A DNA stretch of 64,000 nt from positions 932,202-996,201 of the forward strand of contig NZ_OZ241836.1 of the NCBI RefSeq assembly GCF_965202595.1, read 5' to 3'. Under the pieces are notes generated by a model. The model ran no database searches and had not been told where the DNA came from. It saw only the letters and a list, made by a program, of their open reading frames with translations. The position numbers were made by a program, and so were the translations under genes. This DNA is from Candidatus Poriferisocius sp. Its GTDB lineage: Bacteria > Actinomycetota > Acidimicrobiia > Acidimicrobiales > Bin134. Below, piece after piece: positions 58,101 through 64,000 of this stretch. Within the stretch, counting starts at the first letter, position 1. The number at the start of each line of letters is the position of its first letter.

Positions 58101-60431
58101 ATTGGTGTTGGTGAAAGCATTCTCATAACCAATTACAAAACGACCACCGCGGCTTACAAACCTTGCTTTGGGTCGAACGATGTTCAACTTCACCTGACCA
58201 TTACCCGGCACCGCCAACACCTCCGGACGAGCGGAGGATGAACCCGGCCAACCATCAGCACCGGGCAAAGGCGGAGCCCCGAACACAAACGGCACCGACT
58301 CGACCGCATAACCCGCCCCCACATCAGACACCGTCCGGGTCCTGAACGTGTAAGTCTCCCCAACCCGGAAAGTGACCTCATCGAAACGTTCGGTTGCTCT
58401 ACCCAAGCTACCCTGTTGAGTAACCCATCCACCCCACGGCCCATCACCGACCTTCCACGACCACTCAAACCGCAAACGCTTACCACCATGAAGATAACTC
58501 AAAGGAGAGGTTACCCCCATGTGAGGGCGACCACCGGTGCGGGGATCACCAGTATAACCCCTCAAAACCGCCGTCAACGCCATCGAGGGAACACCCTTAG
58601 CAATGTTCACCCTCACAACTCCAGACTCCAAACCCAAACCCCTGGCATTCTCCGCCCGCAACACGAAAAAATGATCCCCCACCTTCAAACTCCCCACACA
58701 CAACCTAGCAAAACACGAAGTTGCATTCTCGTGATCCAAGGTCCGATTCCTGGGCAGCTTCACCGTCGACAACCCCGCACACATCGGATCCAACCCCGCT
58801 GTGTTATCACACAAATCCCGCCACAACGCGCTGGTCAACCCGTCCACCGTTGTCGCATGTTTCAACTGCCACTTCGTCACCGGAGAACCACCATCGGAAC
58901 CCGTCCACGACAAAACCACCTGATGCAACCCTATCGCGTAATCCGACACCATCTCCGCGGACACCGCCGGTGCCGCCGGAACCGTCCCCGGATAAACAAC
59001 ACCCGTCTCAGCCACCGCACCCGCACCAACACTACTCACCGCCCGCACCCGGAACCAATACCCCACACCCGCCGTCAAACCCGTAACCGTAAACTCTCTG
59101 GTCGTGTAGTCACCCGGTATCGCCACCCAACCACCCCACTCACCATCACTAGCCCGCACCGAATACTCATAACGCCTAAACCCATCACTATTTATTAAAT
59201 TAGTCGGCTGGCGCCACCTCAACGTTACCGACGACTCCGTCACCTTCGTCGTCTCCAACTCACGAGGCACCTCCAACACCGTACCCAAATACACGAACCC
59301 GGAACGCGCCCCCACACCCCCGCCCAACGCGCTGACAGCCCGCACCTCAAACAAATAACTCTCGGTATTATCCAAACCAGTCACAAAATAAGACCTGGCC
59401 CCGGCCCCACCAGGAACCCGGTTCCAACCAGCTTCCGCCAAAGTGCTGTAATTACCGTCCGACCACCGAACTTCCCAACCCGTCACCGGCGAGCCAACCA
59501 CCCCCGGCGGCTGCCACGACAACAACACCGACTTATCCCCCGGTGTCACCACAAAGTTACGAGGAGCACCCGGCGCACCCCCCACTACCACCGGCCCCAC
59601 CTCACCTGTGGCACCGTTGCCATGCTTGTTAACCGCCCGCACCCGGAACGAATACCCAACATCATTAACCAAACCCAAAACCACGAACGAATCACGATCC
59701 CCAGCCGAACTACCATCATCGGCCATCACCGACCACCCCGACCACTTTCCATCACCTTGTTTGGTCGCGTACTCGTACCGCAAAATAGGAGCAAACCCCG
59801 ACCCCGCCACCTCACCGGAAGCCTTGGTCCACTTCAACTCCACCTGAGAATCCCCAGCAACCGCCCGCAAACCCCCCGGCACCGGCGCAACACTGGACAC
59901 CAAATGCCCATCCACCGGACTCATACTCAAAATCTGGCCCACTCCCGCAGCGTTCACCGCCCTTAAGAAGAACCGGTACCTACTACCAACCGTCAAACCC
60001 GACACCACCACCGACCGAGCAGCCCCACCACCGGGCACCGGCCGCCACACAACCCCACTACGATCCCCCGAAGTAGGCGCTAAACTCGTAGAAGTATCCA
60101 CCACCCTGTCCTCCGGCGGATCCCACGTGGTCCCATCATCGGTCGATTGCGAAAACACATACTCATAACCCACAACCCCCACAGTGGCCGGCGGCGGCCC
60201 CCACGACAACCGCACCGCACCACCACCCAACACCACCACCTGCGGCGACGACAGAGTATTCGGCACACTTTGCGCACCCGCACCCCCCACCCAAACCAAC
60301 ACCGACCCCAACAACCCCACCAAAACCAGGAGCCCAAAACAGGGCAGCCCTAAACGACTACCCCCCCCCCCCCCCCGGCTAGAACCCAAACCAACCCGCA
60401 AAAAACTCAACATAACCCCCACTATAACCAC
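55101..60431 (-). CDS. Giant secreted protein: signal peptide, ~14 fibronectin type III repeats, and two C-terminal Cys-containing DSDGDGVAD (TSP3/Ca-binding-like) modules
   Basis: The FN3 signature (Y.F.VRA.N..G.G) recurs 14 times. The C-terminus carries two copies of ...YYSG..TGPS.C...LDSDGDGVAD.CSLPYTRREAIARQ... The N-terminus ...RLGLPCFGLLVLVGLLGSVLVWVGGAGAQS is a signal peptide. Confidence 0.85.
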   Translation of the reverse strand: MVIVGVMLSFLRVGLGSSRGGGGGSRLGLPCFGLLVLVGLLGSVLVWVGGAGAQSVPNTLSSPQVVVLGGGAVRLSWGPPPATVGVVGYEYVFSQSTDDGTTWDPPEDRVVDTSTSLAPTSGDRSGVVWRPVPGGGAARSVVVSGLTVGSRYRFFLRAVNAAGVGQILSMSPVDGHLVSSVAPVPGGLRAVAGDSQVELKWTKASGEVAGSGFAPILRYEYATKQGDGKWSGWSVMADDGSSAGDRDSFVVLGLVNDVGYSFRVRAVNKHGNGATGEVGPVVVGGAPGAPRNFVVTPGDKSVLLSWQPPGVVGSPVTGWEVRWSDGNYSTLAEAGWNRVPGGAGARSYFVTGLDNTESYLFEVRAVSALGGGVGARSGFVYLGTVLEVPRELETTKVTESSVTLRWRQPTNLINSDGFRRYEYSVRASDGEWGGWVAIPGDYTTREFTVTGLTAGVGYWFRVRAVSSVGAGAVAETGVVYPGTVPAAPAVSAEMVSDYAIGLHQVVLSWTGSDGGSPVTKWQLKHATTVDGLTSALWRDLCDNTAGLDPMCAGLSTVKLPRNRTLDHENATSCFARLCVGSLKVGDHFFVLRAENARGLGLESGVVRVNIAKGVPSMALTAVLRGYTGDPRTGGRPHMGVTSPLSYLHGGKRLRFEWSWKVGDGPWGGWVTQQGSLGRATERFDEVTFRVGETYTFRTRTVSDVGAGYAVESVPFVFGAPPLPGADGWPGSSSARPEVLAVPGNGQVKLNIVRPKARFVSRGGRFVIGYENAFTNTNGTYSGETVWEYSYRPAGGEWSPWAVSNVGQRFAGRAANSADVAGDGIVVSGLRNGVAYEFRVRARNRHGTGWLAGPALYSNGAGLHNKAADVYPDKVVIPGVAPPAPAGLAAAGGDGQVTLSWMSVGSGGPPIIRWEYIKDSKAAGANTSWSGWDDEWTPVPGSGPSTTQAVIKGLTNGSTYRFRLRAVNALMALDSEGVLDTVTTTVNKGAPAQSLPVTPGNTPTAPRQVAVTPADGGVRVTLLAPQGGSAVLGYEVRVRRSGSSSFDAWQSLGARITPPARHLAESAGVPVRGLTNGVAYEFEVRAVNQFGAGPAAGVVGPITPIGAPAGGSLTATAGDGRVTLSWDAPNTGGSTVTGWQYRMKTDGGGYGSWTAVTGGAAARSLVVDDLANGRAYTFQVRAVTTNVQVIGAAFESDPVTPSAVPPAPSVTATAADMKVTLNWAAGAGGVAGESNWAAAVTGWQYRMKTGTAGYGAWVDVPAATTTRDIDGLTNGVAYTFEVRALNRIGAGPAGTATVMPATVPDAPAVTTMAGDKAVTVSWTPGGDGGSAVTGWQLRTGTDQWASYPAGTTSVPVQNLANGTTYTFQVRARNVMGAGAVGVDTAMPATVPDAPMVTATPGDETVTLSWTPGTDGGSVVTGWHLRVDEGQWVDLAGMDDATSVPVSDLVNGTSYAFHLRARNAMGAGAVASVSATPAAVPAAPSVTATATDGTITVTWMAGADGGSAVTGWQWRTRIESAGFGEWADVGAATMSTVITGTNTGTGPVAYVFEVRAINAVGAGSAGTSSTITSGDDAPGGDTPSDQVYYSGPVTGPSFCAEFSLGGVRLFALDSDGDGVADICSLPYTRREAIARQNAVITLANRYPDLYRDLVNAECANQPGNEACGGDELAAPGFPPPNDGGPYYSGTITGPSWCANRSLGGPTTYPLDSDGDGVADVCSLPYTRREAIARQKAGDTLAATYRDEYRAALAEECRRLGRGNYGDRVADLNNDICNN
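60361..60376 (-). repeat. C16 (coding-strand G16) homopolymer inside the first 25 codons of the FN3-array gene
   Basis: I counted 16 consecutive c at 60361-60376. They are read as CGG GGG GGG GGG GGG GGT (RGGGGG). Confidence 0.95.
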
Positions 60432-60492
60432 ACCCTCCCCCCGCGCAAGTACCCCCTACAAAACCGTCACGACCACCAGCAGAGCTAGCCCA

Positions 60493-60524
60493 CTGTCAAC
60501 AACCTCCGTAGGCGCTACAACTAG
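60493..60524 (-). repeat. Dispersed repeat E copy (reverse), 60-90 bp upstream of the FN3-array gene start
   Basis: ctgtcaacaacctccgtaggcgctacaactag matches the right arm at 54941-54969 and the reverse complement of 30286-30316. Confidence 0.8.
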
Positions 60525-60559
60525 GGTGCAGCTTTGAACACAGGAAAGGAGGAGGTCTC

Positions 60560-61594
60560 ATGGAGTATCGCACTTTGGGGGCGAGTGGGGTCCGGGTGAG
60601 CGCGTTGTGCCTGGGAGCCATGATGTTCGGCCCGGCGGGGAACGACGACGAGGCCGAGTGTGCGGCCATGATCCACCGAGCCCTCGATTCGGGGATCAAC
60701 TTCATCGATACCGCCGACCGCTACAGCCTGGGTATATCGGAGGAGATCGTCGGGCGAGCCATCCGGAACCGCCGGGATGAGGTGGTGCTTGCCACCAAGT
60801 TCTACGGGCCGATGGGTGAGGACATCAACAGCCAGGGAGGGTCCCGCCGCTGGGTTACCCGAGCGGTGGAGGACAGCCTGCGCCGCCTCGGTACCGACTA
60901 CATCGACCTGTACCAGATGCATCGGCCCGATCCCCACACCGATTTCGGCGACACCCTGGCTGCGCTCACCGACCTGGTGCGGGCGGGCAAGATCCGCATG
61001 ATCGGCACCTCCACCTTTCCGGCCGAACTGATCGTGGAGGGCCAGTGGGCAGCCGAGCGCCGGAGTCTGGAGCGGGTCCGCTGCGAGCAACCCCCCTACT
61101 CCATTTTCACCCGGGAGATCGAGCGGGCGGTGCTCCCCGCCTGCCAGTCGTACTCCATGGGGGTGATCGTGTGGAGCCCACTCAATGGCGGGTGGCTCAC
61201 CGGCAAGTACCGCAAGGATGCCGAGTGGCCGGACAACTCCAGGGCTACCCGCAATCTGGTAAGTGCCAAGCGCTGGGACCGGGCCAACCCGGTGGTGCAG
61301 CACAAGCTGGATCTGGTGGAAGAGTTGGATGGGCTGTCCGCCGAGTTGGGCTGCTCGATGGCCGGTCTGGCCTATGCCTTCACCCTGGCCCACCCGGCGG
61401 TTACCTCCACCATCATCGGCCCCCGCACCCCCCAGCAGCTCGATGCCGCCCTCGATTACGCCGACTTGCGCCTCTCCCACGATGTCCTGGACCGGATCGA
61501 CGACCTGGTTCCCCCCGGCACCGACCTCAACCCCGACGACGCTTTCTACGTTCCCCCCGCCCTCGCCGATGCCACCCTCAGAAGGAGGATGTGA
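60560..61594 (+). CDS. Aldo/keto reductase
   Basis: MEYRTLGASGVRVSALCLGAMMFG...IDTADRY...IDLYQMHRPD... Confidence 0.9.
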   Translation: MEYRTLGASGVRVSALCLGAMMFGPAGNDDEAECAAMIHRALDSGINFIDTADRYSLGISEEIVGRAIRNRRDEVVLATKFYGPMGEDINSQGGSRRWVTRAVEDSLRRLGTDYIDLYQMHRPDPHTDFGDTLAALTDLVRAGKIRMIGTSTFPAELIVEGQWAAERRSLERVRCEQPPYSIFTREIERAVLPACQSYSMGVIVWSPLNGGWLTGKYRKDAEWPDNSRATRNLVSAKRWDRANPVVQHKLDLVEELDGLSAELGCSMAGLAYAFTLAHPAVTSTIIGPRTPQQLDAALDYADLRLSHDVLDRIDDLVPPGTDLNPDDAFYVPPALADATLRRRM

Positions 61595-61631
61595 CCTTTC
61601 CCCGGATGGGTTGCTCCTAAACGGATAGTTC

Positions 61632-64000
61632 CTAGACGGATCGTTCCCCGGAGCGTTCTATGGCTCGGGCATCGGTGCCCAGGTAGGAGGCTATGACCAG
61701 GGGGTCGTTGCGGACGGCCTCCGGTGATCCCTCGGATATGACCGATCCCGCTTCCAGGCAGTACACCCGGTCGCTGATGCTCATTACCAGCGGCATGTCG
61801 TGCTCGATCACCACCACCGCCGCGTCCAGCTCGGTCTGAATGCGCCGGATGAGGGGTCCAAAGGCCTCGCTCTCCCTCTGGGCGACCCCACCGGTGGGCT
61901 CGTCCAGCAACAGCACCTTGGCATCCACCGCCAGCAGGCTGGCCAGCTCCACGATGCGCCGGGTGCCGGTGGACAGGTTGGATATGAAATGGTCGGCGTA
62001 GCGACCCAGGCCCACGAAGTCCATGAGGTTGTCCACCTCGAGGCGCTTGCGCCGCTCCTGGCCGGGCGATGGCGGTATGCCCAGGAGCGACGGGACCAGC
62101 AGGGAGCGATCCCGGGCTTCCATCGCCACCATCAGTGCTTCCCGAACCGTCAGGTCGGGATACAGCTTGGCGTGCTGGAATCCCCGGCCCAGGCCACCAC
62201 GGTGGCGCCGGTGGGGCGGTAGCCGGGAGACATCCTGACCCAGAACCTCAACCTGGCCGCCGAACGGTACGAAACCGCTGATGGCGTTCATCAGGGTTGA
62301 CTTGCCCGCTCCGTTGGAGCCGATAAGCCCGACCAGCTCTCCCTGATGGACTTGGATGGAAACATTGTCCACCGCCACCTTGCCGCCGAAGTGCACGTGG
62401 CATCCCCGGACCGCCAGCCACGGATGCCCCGGCTCCGCCTTCACGGTGCGCGCGCTGGTTACCGGCACCGGCTTGGCTGCCGCCGGAACCGGATCGGGCA
62501 CATCCCGAGCCGCCAGCCGATGGTCGGCCAGCCCCAGCAGGAAGTCCCGCAGCTTGTATAGGAGCTGCATGATCCCGCCGGGGAAGTACATGAGCAGGAG
62601 CAGCAGGCCCACCCCGGACGTAAGCAGCCGGACCTCATCCGAAGCCCCGAATATGGCGGGGATGCCCTTGACCCACAGCACCCCCAACAGCGGCCCGGCA
62701 ATCGACCCCAGCCCTCCGATGATGGCTATGGCGATGACATTGATGGATTCATTGGCGTTGAACAGCACCTGGGGATTGATGGTGGGCTCGCCGGTTATGA
62801 TCAGCCCCCCGCCCAGAGCGGCCAAACCCCCGGCCAGCGTGAACGAGATGAGCTTGATTCGGCTGCCCGACACGGTGGATGCCGCCGCCATGTCCTCGTT
62901 GTCGCGCACCGCGATCATCATCCTCCCGATCCCGGTACGGCGCAGGTGGGCGACCATTCCCACGGCCAGGGCCAGCAGCACCAGCACCAGGAAGAAGTAC
63001 GACTTGCGGGAAGCGGTGAAGTCGAACGGCCCCCACACCGGCGGGATCACCTTGGGGGTGTTGGTGCTCCCCTGGGTGAAGACATCCTGCACGAAGATCC
63101 ACGACATGGCGGCGATGGCGAAGGCCAGCGTGGTCACCGCCAGCATCAGGCCCTTCACCCGCAACACGGGTACCCCGATGATGAACGCGGTGATCATGCC
63201 CGCGGCCACCGCGATCACCATGGCCACCCCCCAGGGCAGGTCGAGCGACCAGTCCCCCCAGTCGAACGGGATCGGTATGTCCCCGTTCTCGGTCAGGGCC
63301 ACCACGGTCAGGCCCCCCACACCGGCAAAGGCGAACTGGCCCAGGGAGAGCTGCCCGGCCCAGCCGGTGAGCATCGACACCGACAGGGCGACCAGCGCGA
63401 AGCCCAGGATGCGGGTCCAGGTGTACAAGTTGGAGTTCTTGGTGAGGAACACTCCGACCAGCACCAGCGCCCCGAACAGGACTGCGAACCCGAATCGGGA
63501 CAGGTTGCGGATGTACCACAAGCTTTGCAGCCGTTCGGGAACAGCCTTCACCTTGGGCGACAGCGACCAGTCCCCCTCGTCCTGCCGGCCCCGGCGGGCG
63601 AAGAGCACCGTAATGACCAGGATGGCGATGAAGAAGATGATGTCAACCGCCTCCCGGAGCTCCCGGTCCACGTTGCCCTGGAACAAGCGCTGGAAGATGC
63701 CCAGGCCGATGCCGGCGATCAGCGTGACCCAAAGTGACCGCATGCGGGCGATCAGCGCCACCAGCAGCACCCGTAGCAACAGCCCGGGGCCGAGGCTGGC
63801 GGTTCCCGCGTCGGCCGCGCTGACCCGGAAGGGGGCCAGCAGGATCAGGGTCACCCCGGCCAGCGCTCCCCCGATGGTCCACACCATGGTGGACACCCGC
63901 CGCACGCTTATGCCGAACAGCCTTCCGGTATCGGCGTTGTCGGCCGAAGCCCGGATGGCCAGCCCGAACCGGGTCCGGCTCAGGAACAGGGCCAGGAGCG
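61632..64000 (-). CDS. Fused branched-chain amino acid ABC transporter permease(s)/ATP-binding protein (LivH/LivM-LivG-like); the 5' end lies beyond the window
   Basis: The C-terminal ABC domain has GLIGSNGAGKST, LSTGTRRIVELA and LLLDEPTGG. Upstream of it are polytopic permease segments. The frame stays open past 63905 to the window edge (...RTRFGLAIRASADNADTGRLFGISVRR...). Confidence 0.85.
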   Translation of the reverse strand, partial: LLALFLSRTRFGLAIRASADNADTGRLFGISVRRVSTMVWTIGGALAGVTLILLAPFRVSAADAGTASLGPGLLLRVLLVALIARMRSLWVTLIAGIGLGIFQRLFQGNVDRELREAVDIIFFIAILVITVLFARRGRQDEGDWSLSPKVKAVPERLQSLWYIRNLSRFGFAVLFGALVLVGVFLTKNSNLYTWTRILGFALVALSVSMLTGWAGQLSLGQFAFAGVGGLTVVALTENGDIPIPFDWGDWSLDLPWGVAMVIAVAAGMITAFIIGVPVLRVKGLMLAVTTLAFAIAAMSWIFVQDVFTQGSTNTPKVIPPVWGPFDFTASRKSYFFLVLVLLALAVGMVAHLRRTGIGRMMIAVRDNEDMAAASTVSGSRIKLISFTLAGGLAALGGGLIITGEPTINPQVLFNANESINVIAIAIIGGLGSIAGPLLGVLWVKGIPAIFGASDEVRLLTSGVGLLLLLMYFPGGIMQLLYKLRDFLLGLADHRLAARDVPDPVPAAAKPVPVTSARTVKAEPGHPWLAVRGCHVHFGGKVAVDNVSIQVHQGELVGLIGSNGAGKSTLMNAISGFVPFGGQVEVLGQDVSRLPPHRRHRGGLGRGFQHAKLYPDLTVREALMVAMEARDRSLLVPSLLGIPPSPGQERRKRLEVDNLMDFVGLGRYADHFISNLSTGTRRIVELASLLAVDAKVLLLDEPTGGVAQRESEAFGPLIRRIQTELDAAVVVIEHDMPLVMSISDRVYCLEAGSVISEGSPEAVRNDPLVIASYLGTDARAIERSGERSV

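Noticed and set aside
55056-60537. Many plus-strand ORFs (e.g. 55056-56063, 56064-57098, 58416-59198) opposite the FN3-array gene
   Set aside because: They are Pro/Thr/His/Arg-rich antisense frames of a repeat-rich gene. They have no motifs, and the reverse-strand 1776-aa ORF explains the region.

Overview
High-GC, actinobacterial-type chromosomal window (mycothione-reductase-like gene, MIRU-like intergenic repeats). The backbone is mostly metabolic: an M16 peptidase, a sugar ABC transporter, P450, a thiolase/OB-fold pair, a CotH-like lipoprotein, gcvP, several acyl-CoA dehydrogenases, enoyl-CoA hydratases and SDRs, coaE, aroC, trpC, and a fused Liv-type permease/ATPase that runs off the right edge. 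From about 14.4 to 30.3 kb a visibly lower-GC defence island interrupts it. The island carries an AAA+ ATPase + S8 protease pair (Iet-like), a DUF4143 ATPase, an RHH antitoxin with a truncated PIN toxin, a type III R-M system whose res gene is frameshifted in a homopolymer, and a translationally coupled three-gene CBASS (HNH-SAVED effector, CD-NTase, E2/E1 Cap2-like) with no Cap3. Four other signals stand out. (1) A 1776-aa secreted FN3-array protein has a G16 tract in its signal-peptide codons and strong strand asymmetry in its 5' part. (2) A second secreted protein at the left edge has its signal peptide out of frame across a G8 tract. (3) A dispersed 30-45 bp repeat family sits at the island and cassette boundaries, and one inverted pair forms a ~280 bp MITE-like unit. 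(4) There are many short tandem duplications placed exactly on gene starts or stops. I found no rRNA, tRNA or CRISPR array. Functional calls rest on motifs read by eye, not on database searches.
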